A stretch of DNA of 63,989 bases, filler included, from Octopus bimaculoides (taxonomy: Eukaryota): NCBI RefSeq assembly GCF_001194135.2. It is 5 parts of 4 records of this genome, joined end to end, with 100 filler letters (N's around TTAATTAATTAA, not from the genome) between each part and the next. Parts side by side here need not be neighbours in the genome. Positions count along the whole stretch, not along the records: positions 40,079 to 61,371 come from NC_069004.1; 4 more parts are not named here. One strand, given 5' to 3'. The number at the start of each line of letters is the position of its first letter. The stretch's first letter is position 1. The translations under genes were made by a program, and so were the position numbers. Shown here in pieces: positions 40,079 through 52,050 of this stretch. The notes below the pieces were generated by a model. That model was not told the origin of the DNA. It did no database searches and saw only the letters and a list, made by a program, of their open reading frames with translations.

Positions 40079-40304
40079 GCTGACCGGAAGAGGAAGAGGG
40101 GGAAGAGGGAGCCTCGATTGGGATTTCGTGACTTTTCGGGTGGGGTTGTTGTGACGAGAGGACGTGCCAAGGGATCGTCTAGGTGTTGGGAGAAGCAGCT
40201 GCTATTTCTAGCGTTCTTCGGGTCGGGCCAGCCGCGAGGATCGGATACCGCAGGACAGACTCGTGCGACAACAGGACTGACTCGTGCAAGAGAAGGAAAT
40301 CGAG
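40079..40304 (+). other. Putative non-coding first exon (5' UTR)
   Basis: CpG/GC-rich, no ATG in 226 nt, ETS-like CCGGAAG near its start, strong donor GAG|GTAAGC at 40304/40305. Confidence 0.55.
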
Positions 40305-41759
40305 GTAAGCCGATTACTTCTACTCGCACGCATACACCACAGGTAGTTCTCGAGTTTTATGGATTCACACACACACACACACAGACACACATTTTCATCT
40401 TTATGTATATACATTACACAAACCGTAAAATTCCAACAAATTGTTTCGACGTATATATGTTTTTTCTGATATACATAATCACAGCTCAATCATATATAAG
40501 TCACTTCAGGGTCAATCGGTTCAGAGTAGACGAAATCCCGTCTGAAGAGGACGGCTGGGTTGTAAAAATTAAATCAAATGTCTGTGTTATGAGCTTGAGC
40601 GTTAATCATTCAATCTTTGATCAATTACAATTAAAAAACAAAAATATTTTCTCGGACGATACAAGTGCAATCCACAACCATATAAATTCACTTCCTTATA
40701 TCTCAAACACATGCGAATTGAAACCCTTTTGTCATCAAACATACAATAATTATATAATGTGTGGATATAAATATATATAATTAAGTATCTAAATCTTCTA
40801 CGTGTAACTACAACAAAAAATATATAAACAATGACATCTTCAATACAACTCTTTTATCTATTTAAATTGGTTGTTTAAATTTACTAATAATAATCTTCTA
40901 TATTTATTATTTTTTTCTCGTATTATTTTTTTCTCATAGTAGATATGAATAGAAACCTAATTCAAATTTCTTTGTTTACTTAATCTATCGCAGGGAGAAT
41001 TCTGTAATTGTTATATTTTAGGTTACATCAATGGAAATCGAATTTACTAATGTTTTGGGGGTAACCAGATATGAAGTTACTTAAAAAATTATTATTCGCA
41101 CACCATGAAATGGAAAATTTAGCAAATCGACATAAAACAAATATCTAAACTTTTTCAGAAGTAACCAACAATATTGTTGTAATAAGAATAGTATTTATAA
41201 ATAGTATAACGCATGCAATACTCAAGAGATTTAAGAAAGAATGTTATGATCAAGAAGGTGAATCACATTGACCTTTTTGTGTGCTGGGCTCAAATCTCAT
41301 TTGTGAACCCATGGAAAACGAACCTCCACCAACTACTCTGCCTATATGTCAGTGCACATCTTTGAATACAATGTATGCCAGAAGATTTTCAAATCTAACG
41401 GAGGCCTCAAAAGACATTTTAAGATCCTCAAAGATCCGTCCAGATTTTATAAATAAAAGACTCTTTGTTTTTCGAGCGCAGGTTGGACATCCGTCAGTCG
41501 CGCTAAACAGACCAGATATAGAAAGACAGGCAGTTTTTAGTTCACCTTTTNNNNNNNNNNNNNNNNNNNNNNNNNNNNNNNNNNNNNNNNNNNNNNNNNN
41601 NNNNNNNNNNNNNNNNNNNNNNNNNNNNNNNNNNNNNNNNNNNNNNNNNNNNNNNNAAAATAAAATAGATATATAAATATATACTAAAAATGAAGAAAAT
41701 ATACGCTAAAAATAAGATGTAGGGGAAATGCAAATATCGAGCAGAGGTCGGCAATGCCT

Positions 41760-43015
41760 GTGCAGAGTTTTAGGTTCAATGAAGCTTGCACAACACCTCA
41801 TAGACCCTCTCCACTTTATTGACATTATCCAGAGACAAGAGAGAGCAATATGTCTGGTGCCAATATGGGTCGCAGGCTCAGGTATGTGGGAGCGCCGTGA
41901 TCTCTAGCAGAAACCAAAGATCCCTCAAATGTCCAATGCCATTCCCTGCATATCTGGTTTTATATCAGAGTGATCTTCTCCTAGGGACATGCTTCAACAA
42001 AAGCTGAGGGGTACCTCACTTCCAGTGGTCTTTCAGCACACCGGACACCATCCCGGCGTACCCGTACTATTGCTAGATTGCCGTTGAGCCTGCACTAGGT
42101 TCATCCAACCTTTCAACAGGTCTTGTTTTTAATCCTGCTGGTTTTCTAGCAACCCTCCTCACCAGGTTAGCCTGGTGGGGGGCCAGTTTAGTCACCGGCA
42201 ACCCGACCATGCAACAGGTTGTACTGGATTACATGTTACCAGTAGCACTTATGAGAGCCTCATAAGTGACCTTACATATTGCAGCATGGGAAAATTTTCG
42301 AGACCAGGTTCTTTAATGTGCAGCTGAAACACTGGGATATGCTACTGTCAGACAAAGAGACTGGTTTGATGAAAATGATGCTGAAGTTCAGCGACTATTG
42401 GTGGTAAAGCGCCATGCCCATAATGTATTGCTACACAGGGAACTGTCCACTGTGCAGCGAAGTTAGCACTTTCCCACTATAGCAGTGTAAAATCACTACT
42501 GCAGCGATCTCTCAGGAAGATGCAGAACTCTTGGTGGATGATCTTGCTCGTGATGTTCAGGCTGCTGCTGATGCAAATGACGCTTTACCATCTTATGAAG
42601 CTTTACCATCTTATGAAGCTTTACCATCTTATGAAGCAAGCTTATGGACCTAAGAGCTCCACATCAGCTCCTTTGCTTTCCAAAGAGTCTTCCACTTTGT
42701 TTACTAAATCAAAAGAAATCACAGGTCGTGGGATCGAACACTTCTCTGAAGTCCTAAGTCATGAGTCAGTTGTGGATGAAACAGTGATTGATACTATGCA
42801 ACATCCTCACCCTTAATAGATGAAGTAATGACATCAATAAGTAAATTGAATCTCGGTAGGGCACCTGGAAAGGATGGAATTTGTGCTGAGTCTTGCGATA
42901 TGGTGGTAATTACATCACACAGTCTCGCCATGAACTTATTAGTGCAGTCTGGCGGGATGGTGCAATGCCTAAGGAATGGAAGGATGCAAATATTCTTCCT
43001 TACTTGTTACATAAA
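41760..43015 (+). mobile_element. Decayed RTE (BovB-like) LINE, 5' part
   Basis: QRDWFDENDAEVQRLL, YGPKSSTSAPLLSK, LGRAPGKDGICAE, WRDGAMPKEWKDANIL; frameshifts; 18-bp x3 tandem at 42583-42636; 5' boundary approximate. Confidence 0.8.
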
Positions 43016-43743
43016 TGTTCAATAATATTGAGACTGTGTGAATTGGTGCATTATCACCCTGAAACATTGCGTTTCCCTCCGGAAACAGTTCTGTAACCAT
43101 AAGATGAATTTCATCGCATAAAATGATTAAATAGTCTTGACTATTAATTCTGCCATGTTTAACAGTTGGAAGAAGGCAGTCTGGGTCAAATGCTATTTTT
43201 GGCTGTCTCAGCCGGCGGTCGGAAATAAGGTGAAGGCTGACTCGTCTAAGAAAATAACATTCTTCCACTGCTCTGGGGACCAATTCTGTAGGTTTTTTAC
43301 TCTACTCTAAAAGCATTGCAACATTTGTTTTTGAAAGTAGTAGTCTTCTGATTGCAGCCCTCCCATGAAATCCGGCTTTGTGCAGCTCTGGCAAAGAGAT
43401 TTTCTGGAAGCTGGGTTCTCAAATTGGTCATTAAGCTCTGCAATAATTTGGGGAGCTGTACTTTTGTGATCCTTTCTAACAATTCACGTAAGAGTCCGAT
43501 GGTCATTATCTGAAAGTGTTGGTTTTCTTCCGGGGTTTTGTTTCGACGAGGAGTTTTTTCCCCTCTTTCTCAAAGGCTGTTATTACTTTCGATACAGTAC
43601 TTCTTGATACACCAAACATTTCGGCTGTTTTCGTTACGCTAGCGCCTGCCATACGAGCACCAACAATTTGATGGTTTTATAGATATTTCAAAATTACGAT
43701 ACTATGATGCTAGCTGTTTCCATAATTTTGTCCGACCACTGTA
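43016..43743 (-). mobile_element. Tc1-like transposon remnant with one intact end
   Basis: TA-CAGTGGTCGGACAAAATTATGGAAAC end at 43741; HTH QIVGARMAGASVTKTAEMFGVSRSTVSK; WSPEQWKNVIFLDES (first D); FQGDNAPIH (second D); third catalytic residue lost. Confidence 0.85.
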
Positions 43744-43744
43744 T

Positions 43745-43996
43745 ATACTTCCTTCCGCTGTTACTCCTACTGTGTATATTAATGCGAAAGCATTACAAAC
43801 TGCTTTCTTCATTTATCTTCGTTCTATTCTATCCAATGATGGATAAAGAAACTGAGTTCAGAATCAGGAAGGCTAGTTCCACTTTCGGTAAGCTTTATCA
43901 CGGTAAGCTTTGGAACAGCCACGACGCATTGTTGAAGGTGAAAGTCGATGTATGTAAGTAGGTAGTTTTGACATCATTACTTTATGGTACTAAATC
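43745..43996 (+). mobile_element. RTE (BovB-like) LINE, downstream RT fragment
   Basis: ETEFRIRKASSTFGKLYHGKLWNSHDALLKVKVDVCK*VVLTSLLYGTKS. Confidence 0.75.
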
Positions 43997-44728
43997 GAAG
44001 TAAAAACAGGAGTTCGACAGGGCTGTATACTTTCTCCCTTTTTATTTCTACTAGTTATAGATTGGATTATGAAGGAAACTACGATTGAAAGCCAAACAGG
44101 CATTGAATAGATGGATGCAGAAGCTCTAGAAGATCTCGACTTTGCAGATGATATAGCGTTACTTTCACAAACATATAGCCAAATGCAAAATAAAACGTCA
44201 AAATTAGAAGCAATAGCTGCCAAACTAGGATTGAAAGTCAACCACGACAAATCAAAAATTATGCGCGTTAATGAAGAAAACAGCGAACGTATTAAACTAG
44301 AAACCAGTAAACTAGAGGATGTAGCCGAGTTTACGTATCTAGGTAGTAAGATAACGTTTTCAGGCGGCACCGACGAAGATATTAAGACGAGAGTAAGCGG
44401 CGAGCTGGCAGAATCGTTAGCACGCCAGGCGAAATACTTAGCGGTATTTCGTCTGCCGCTACGTTCTGAGTTCAAATTCCGCCGAGGTCGACTTTGCCTT
44501 TCATCCTTTCGGGGTTGATAAATTAAGTACCAGTTACGCACTGGGGTCGATTTAATCGACTTAATCCCTTTGTCTGTCCTTGTTTGTCCCCTCTGTGATT
44601 AGCCCCTTGTGGGTATAAAGAAATAAGGACCGCTTTTCACCTGTTAAAAAAAGTATGGAGCGCAAGTGTAATTTCGATAAAGAACAAAATAAGAATTTTT
44701 AACACTAACGTAAAAGCGGTGTTATTGT
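43997..44728 (+). mobile_element. Second, better preserved RTE-clade RT fragment interrupted by a SINE
   Basis: EVKTGVRQGCILSPFLFLLVIDWIM...*...DLDFADDIALL...FTYLGS...DIKTRV, resuming at 44626 as RTAFHLLKKVWSASVISIKNKIRIFNTNVKAVLL. Confidence 0.9.
44397..44625 (+). mobile_element. SINE family A, full-length CpG-intact copy
   Basis: gcggcgagctggcagaatcgttagc...gagttcaaattccgcc (B-box-like)...agccccttgtgggtataaagaaata. Confidence 0.9.
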
Positions 44729-47251
44729 NNNNNNNNNNNNNNNNNNNNNNNNNNNNNNNNNNNNNNNNNNNNNNNNNNNNNNNNNNNNNNNNNNNNNNNN
44801 NNNNNNNNNNNNNNNNNNNNNNNNNNNNNNNNNNNNNNNNNNNNNNNNNNNNNNNNNNNNNNNNNNNNNNNNNNNNNNNNNNNNNNNNNNNNNNNNNNNN
44901 NNNNNNNNNNNNNNNNNNNNNNNNNNNNNNNNNNNNNNNNNNNNNNNNNNNNNNNNNNNNNNNNNNNNNNNNNNNNNNNNNNNNNNNNNNNNNNNNNNNN
45001 NNNNNNNNNNNNNNNNNNNNNNNNNNNNNNNNNNNNNNNNNNNNNNNNNNNNNNNNNNNNNNNNNNNNNNNNNNNNNNNNNNNNNNNNNNNNNNNNNNNN
45101 NNNNNNNNNNNNNNNNNNNNNNNNNNNNNNNNNNNNNNNNNNNNNNNNNNNNNNNNNNNNNNNNNNNNNNNNNNNNNNNNNNNNNNNNNNNNNNNNNNNN
45201 NNNNNNNNNNNNNNNNNNNNNNNNNNNNNNNNNNNNNNNNNNNNNNNNNNNNNNNNNNNNNNNNNNNNNNNNNNNNNNNNNNNNNNNNNNNNNNNNNNNN
45301 NNNNNNNNNNNNNNNNNNNNNNNNNNNNNNNNNNNNNNNNNNNNNNNNNNNNNNNNNNNNNNNNNNNNNNNNNNNNNNNNNNNNNNNNNNNNNNNNNNNN
45401 NNNNNNNNNNNNNNNNNNNNNNNNNNNNNNNNNNNNNNNNNNNNNNNNNNNNNNNNNNNNNNNNNNNNNNNNNNNNNNNNNNNNNNNNNNNNNNNNNNNN
45501 NNNNNNNNNNNNNNNNNNNNNNNNNNNNNNNNNNNNNNNNNNNNNNNNNNNNNNNNNNNNNNNNNNNNNNNNNNNNNNNNNNNNNNNNNNNNNNNNNNNN
45601 NNNNNNNNNNNNNNNNNNNNNNNNNNNNNNNNNNNNNNNNNNNNNNNNNNNNNNNNNNNNNNNNNNNNNNNNNNNNNNNNNNNNNNNNNNNNNNNNNNNN
45701 NNNNNNNNNGTAAAAAATACCAGACCGAAACCCGAAATGCTAGAAACAACAGGTGAACGAAATTATTTCTAAAGAAACTTTCCCGCATTCTAAAAAGCTA
45801 AAAGTGAAACATTGGGAGTGTTAACTTTTTGAAAGTGGTGAGGGGATGAGTAAAATTCTTAAAGATTCGTACTCACTGTTTTTTTTCTCTATGGATTACC
45901 AAAGAAAAAAATTTGAAAAAAGTAAAAAATGAATTTGGTGTGGACAGGGAGAAAATTAAAATATTGAGAACGTGTTTTGTGGGTGAAATCCTAACCTGCT
46001 GTATCGCAAATATAAGAATCGGTAAAAATTTAGGAAAAATATGTGTGGGAATGCAACTGTCACCTCGGGCATACTAGAAAGAAGAGGTAACGGACAGGAT
46101 TTGGGGAAAAACTTCCTTATGTTTATGTCGAAGATCATACACTCATCATTAAATACGCTCATCACACAAACACAAGTTACACAATAAAAAAAAGGTAATT
46201 TCAATTGGATTTAAGCTGTATATTTGCGTGTGCACACGGCATGAAATAACATAATTCGGGCTGAACTTTTACTCTGTGTGTGTGTGTGTGCGCGCGCACG
46301 CACGTCTGTGCCGCAGGAAGTTATTTTATGGCATTCTTTCGTTGTAAACACAATCATACGGGATCGTTAATTTCCGTACAATTTTTTTAATTTGTTAATG
46401 CTTTGAAGAGAGCAGAAATTAAGCAGCTTTCTTTATTCTTGTACAGATGTGACCGATTCGGAAAAACATTACTTTCATTATTCACACATCATCACTCTCG
46501 TAATCCAACACTTTATCATTTTGGTTCAAATCGAAAGTGTGAAACTATTTTCACTTTCTAATCAAACCTGGTCGTTATAGAGCAGTGTATTTCAAATAAC
46601 AATAGCTTGTTGTGATGACGTAGAAAATATGTAAATGAAAATAAAGTTTATTTGATATGTGTAATTGATTTGCTTTTTCTGGCTTTTACATCAGTTGGTA
46701 AGAATAGAAGTCATTTGGAGACACCTTTTTGTTTGTAATTGGCTCTCCTGTTGCACGTTCACCGCGACTGAAAGAGCCGTTAAGGCAACAACTTACCGAA
46801 TTTGTTATAATAACCAGAATTCTTCCAGATATATTTGTGAGTATTGTTAGTGTTGTCAAATCAGCCAAATCTTCATATTGACGGTATTTCAAACTAAACG
46901 CTGTTGCTCGTTCAACGTCCAGGCCGCAATTAAAAATCGGTCCGAGGCCTATCTTTTGTCCCTGTGTGTGTGTCTGTCTCTGTTTTTAGGTGTTTGTGTG
47001 TGTGTGTTTGTGTCTGTGTGTGTGTGTCATTCATCACAAAAATGTTTGTATACTGAGACACAGACACCGTCATACACGTATACTTTTCAGTCATCGGCCT
47101 AACATATTTAATTAACGCACAAATACACTCACATAGAAAATGTGACGTCGTCATCGCTGTAAAGGTGGTATAAGTGACTAAAACAAATATTATTATGTTA
47201 AATTTTGGTAATGAAATAAAATTAAGTTGGTAGCCGAAATCTTATTTAATC

Positions 47252-47325
47252 ATTTGATACCTCATACGTCAAAATCGGCAACTCGGTTTTGGAATGCATG
47301 AAGAACACACATACATACAAACTCG

Positions 47326-47363
<38 letters not shown>

Positions 47364-47481
47364 CTATATCTATAAAAGACATTTTGTATGTGTGTTTGTG
47401 TGTGTGTGTCTGTGTGTGTGTGTTTGTGTGTGTGTGCATTTCAAAACCGAGTTGCCGATTTTGACGTATGAGATATCAAAT
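47252..47481. repeat. Inverted repeat pair (47252-47298 / 47435-47481) around TA, CA and TG microsatellites
   Basis: tttgatacctcatacgtcaaaatcggcaactcggttttggaatgca vs reverse complement of tgcatttcaaaaccgagttgccgattttgacgtatgagatatcaaa: 44/46. Confidence 0.92.
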
Positions 47482-50400
47482 AATTCAATAATATAGATTA
47501 TATATATAAGTGCAGAATGGGACAAGAACGCAAAACATCAAGACAGTTAGGTGATACAAGAAAGGGACAAAACATCCAGATTAGACGATGCAAAGAAACC
47601 ACGGACTGGTCATTCGGAGTTTTCTCTCTTCAATCGAGATCCAGATTATCCTTGCAATTTTGGCTGGCTATTCTCGATATTGCTCCAACCTGGCCAGCCC
47701 CAAGGAAAAACTAAGCTAAGAGCATTAGATTCCTTGGAAGAAAGCAGCGAATATATACAAAAACAAGGACGGAAAAAACGAACAATGTTACACAAATACA
47801 GTAGGAATAATAACAGGACAAAACAACAGATGTCTTTCGACTAAGGACGAATAAAATTAAGCTGGTGTTGCGGAAATAAGGCCTTACGGCAGGAATACAA
47901 GGTTTCACAGGCACAGGGAGGAATAACGATGTTGCACGCATAACGGCCGCCCAAAAAAGAAAGGTCAGGCTTGGCTGAACATCGATCACGTGGGAAGAGA
48001 AGAGAGAGGTAGAGGCAGAGGGACAAAAGAATTAAGGAGAGGCGAGAAAAAAATGACAGGGACACAGTGAAGTGAAAAGTGGAGGGAGAAGAGAAGGCAA
48101 GGAAACGTGAGCGAGGGGGAACGAAAGAACGAACAGTGGAATGAACGAATAAGGGTGAAGGGGCTCACCTGTTCTTTTATTACTGCTTGTAATTATTCTT
48201 CAACAGCACCATTATTAACATTAACCGCGTCAACGACTACCACCNNNNNNNNNNNNNNNNNNNNNNNNNNNNNNNNNNNNNNNNNNNNNNNNNNNNNNNN
48301 NNNNNNNNNNNNNNNNNNNNNNNNNNNNNNNNNNNNNNNNNNNNNNNNNNNNNNNNNNNNNNNNNNNNNNNNNNNNNNNNNNNNNNNNNNNNNNNNNNNN
48401 NNNNNNNNNNNNNNNNNNNNNNNNNNNNNNNNNNNNNNNNNNNNNNNNNNNNNNNNNNNNNNNNNNNNNNNNNNNNNNNNNNNNNNNNNNNNNNNNNNNN
48501 NNNNNNNNNNNNNNNNNNNNNNNNNNNNNNNNNNNNNNNNNNNNNNNNNNNNNNNNNNNNNNNNNNNNNNNNNNNNNNNNNNNNNNNNNNNNNNNNNNNN
48601 NNNNNNNNNNNNNNNNNNNNNNNNNNNNNNNNNNNNNNNNNNNNNNNNNNNNNNNNNNNNNNNNNNNNNNNNNNNNNNNNNNNNNNNNNNNNNNNNNNNN
48701 NNNNNNNNNNNNNNNNNNNNNNNNNNNNNNNNNNNNNNNNNNNNNNNNNNNNNNNNNNNNNNNNNNNNNNNNNNNNNNNNNNNNNNNNNNNNNNNNNNNN
48801 NNNNNNNNNNNNNNNNNNNNNNNNNNNNNNNNNNNNNNNNNNNNNNNNNNNNNNNNNNNNNNNNNNNNNNNNNNNNNNNNNNNNNNNNNNNNNNNNNNNN
48901 NNNNNNNNNNNNNNNNNNNNNNNNNNNNNNNNNNNNNNNNNNNNNNNNNNNNNNNNNNNNNNNNNNNNNNNNNNNNNNNNNNNNNNNNNNNNNNNNNNNN
49001 NNNNNNNNNNNNNNNNNNNNNNNNNNNNNNNNNNNNNNNNNNNNNNNNNNNNNNNNNNNNNNNNNNNNNNNNNNNNNNNNNNNNNNNNNNNNNNNNNNNN
49101 NNNNNNNNNNNNNNNNNNNNNNNNNNNNNNNNNNNNNNNNNNNNNNNNNNNNNNNNNNNNNNNNNNNNNNNNNNNNNNNNNNNNNNNNNNNNNNNNNNNN
49201 NNNNNNNNNNNNNNNNNNNNNNNNNNNNNNNNNNNNNNNNNNNTCATACATACTGGCATACCGCATTTGATGACGAACTTTCTCACAAAAAATGTCTCAA
49301 AAATCACCCAAGGCTTCTGTACATATCGGTAAAAGAAAACTTACGACAGATTTCCGGGATGGAAACTAAAATATTTCTGGAATAATTTTGCATCAAAAAT
49401 GCAAGTGTTACTAAACGATGATAGTTTTTACACTCTTACTAGCGTTTTGGAGAGAGTAACTTGGTTTCAGCGGTGTCCGCCTTTCAATAAACTTATTGTA
49501 GATAATCTAGGAGACTAGAGATTATATTATAGATGATCGGGAATCTTTCACTAGAATATTGTCATTTAATTCAAAGGCTGTAACAAGTGGAAATATAGTT
49601 CCATCGCAATGTATATTTGCCAAATCTGTTGCAAATATTCCCAAACCGCTATGAATGATATACTTTGAAGATATAACATTTCCCGTTTCGCTCTCATTGA
49701 AAGGTTTTTTTTTTTTTTTTTGCTGTGAATCATCTCCAATTTGTTGTCTCCTCTTGATATAAAAAAATTACAGGTACAGTAAATTGCAGGGCTATGTTAT
49801 TTCAATTAATTACTTTCCTTCAAAATATCATCTCATTCAATAAAGCCCTCTGAATTACTTCGCTTTGAAATATCATTATCAACTGTAGCAGTTACGTAAT
49901 TTTAAATTATAGTTTAATTTTCGTGTAGATTACCCGCGAGTGGATTAACCAGAATCATGTCTATAACTCAGCTCCATCTGAAGATTTTTGATGTTATATT
50001 CAATTATTAATTTATTATTTATTTATTTATTTATTTATTTAGTGATCTTTTACTGCTGGCATTCGTCACCCGAACAAAATTTACACCTTATAGAAACTGA
50101 ATAAGCGCGTCGAAGCTATCCGCCAAATAAAATGTTGTTCTCTGTCTGCTCACTGGCATTGCAGTGTCCTCAGTTTTGCTATGAGAACCAACAAAATGTT
50201 GCTTGTGAAATCTCGTCTTCATGTATTAACAACATTGCTAGTACAAAAGGAAGGATGATCGAAACTTCATTGTATCGCTATGTAGCAGTTAAATGTGTAT
50301 CATGTGTATAGATGCGAGAGGAATGCGGCTGCCTTTGAAGTAAACAAATGAATGAATCGATTCATAGTTAAAATAATTTATTCACTGGACGTAATTCATC

Positions 50401-52050
50401 GTTGGTACACACAATTCTTCATTACGTGCATATGTTGACAACTGCTACGAGTTGCTAGAAATAGAAACAGGGTACATCTGTGAAACTGATATGTCAGAAA
50501 TGAATATGTGTGTGTGTATGCGTAGTTTATCTGAGACATTAGTCTACAGCGGAACTTCGAACATTTCTCTGTCTCTGCGGTCTGCCAAAACCTATCGTGT
50601 CGTAGACCTTTCTCGTTTGCCTGCTAAGCCTTTCTTCTATCTGCTCAACAATTTGATTTCCATTATAGCCAATAAATCAATATAGCGTATTTTGGTTATC
50701 GCATTTACAGTCTTAAGTGTATATTATTATTACGGAATTCTCCCTGCCATAAATTAAGTAAACAAAGAAATAAAAAATTTCATTAGGTTTCTATTCATAT
50801 CTACTATGGAAATATTTCTCCGAGAAAAAAATAAATATAGATATGTTCATTTAAAAAATACTTTTTTTATATCAATTAAATAAAAGAGTTGTAATTGTTT
50901 ATCTATAACTATAGTATAGCTCNNNNNNNNNNNNNNNNNNNNNNNNNNNNNNNNNNNNNNNNNNNNNNNNNNNNNNNNNNNNNNNNNNNNNNNNNNNNNN
51001 NNNNNNNNNNNNNNNNNNNNNNNNNNNNNNNNNNNNNNNNNNNNNNNNNNNNNNNNNNNNNNNNNNNNNNNNNNNNNNNNNNNNNNNNNNNNNNNNNNNN
51101 NNNNNNNNNNNNNNNNNNNNNNNNNNNNNNNNNNNNNNNNNNNNNNNNNNNNNNNNNNNNNNNNNNNNNNNNNNNNNNNNNNNNNNNNNNNNNNNNNNNN
51201 NNNNNNNNNNNNNNNNNNNNNNNNNNNNNNNNNNNNNNNNNNNNNNNNNNNNNNNNNNNNNNNNNNNNNNNNNNNNNNNNNNNNNNNNNNNNNNNNNNNN
51301 NNNNNNNNNNNNNNNNNNNNNNNNNNNNNNNNNNNNNNNNNNNNNNNNNNNNNNNNNNNNNNNNNNNNNNNNNNNNNNNNNNNNNNNNNNNNNNNNNNNN
51401 NNNNNNNNNNNNNNNNNNNNNNNNNNNNNNNNNNNNNNNNNNNNNNNNNNNNNNNNNNNNNNNNNNNNNNNNNNNNNNNNNNNNNNNNNNNNNNNNNNNN
51501 NNNNNNNNNNNNNNNNNNNNNNNNNNNNNNNNNNNNNNNNNNNNNNNNNNNNNNNNNNNNNNNNNNNNNNNNNNNNNNNNNNNNNNNNNNNNNNNNNNNN
51601 NNNNNNNNNNNNNNNNNNNNNNNNNNNNNNNNNNNNNNNNNNNNNNNNNNNNNNNNNNNNNNNNNNNNNNNNNNNNNNNNNNNNNNNNNNNNNNNNNNNN
51701 NNNNNNNNNNNNNNNNNNNNNNNNNNNNNNNNNNNNNNNNNNNNNNNNNNNNNNNNNNNNNNNNNNNNNNNNNNNNNNNNNNNNNNNNNNNNNNNNNNNN
51801 NNNNNNNNNNNNNNNNNNNNNNNNNNNNNNNNNNNNNNNNNNNNNNNNNNNNNNNNNNNNNNNNNNNNNNNNNNNNNNNNNNNNNNNNNNNNNNNNNNNN
51901 NNNNNNNNNNNNNNNNNNTACAAAGAATAAATCCTGTGGTTGATTTCTTCGACCAACGGCGGTGCTCCACCATGGCCGCAGTCACATGACTGAAACAAGT
52001 AAAGCAATAAAAATCTATGCCATTTTAATCCCGAGCAAGGATTCAAATGC

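Noticed and set aside
47597-47640. Hammerhead-like TTGAAGA-GAG-AAAA-CTC-C-GAAT on the - strand
   Set aside because: U3 opposite G8, extra base after stem II, GAAT instead of GAAA, no clear stems I and III; too degenerate to call from one copy
50165-50311. Possible third coding exon after ttgcag (CPQFCYENQQNVACEISS...)
   Set aside because: No convincing donor, no recognisable domain, weak pyrimidine tract; cannot be linked to the 34873 donor
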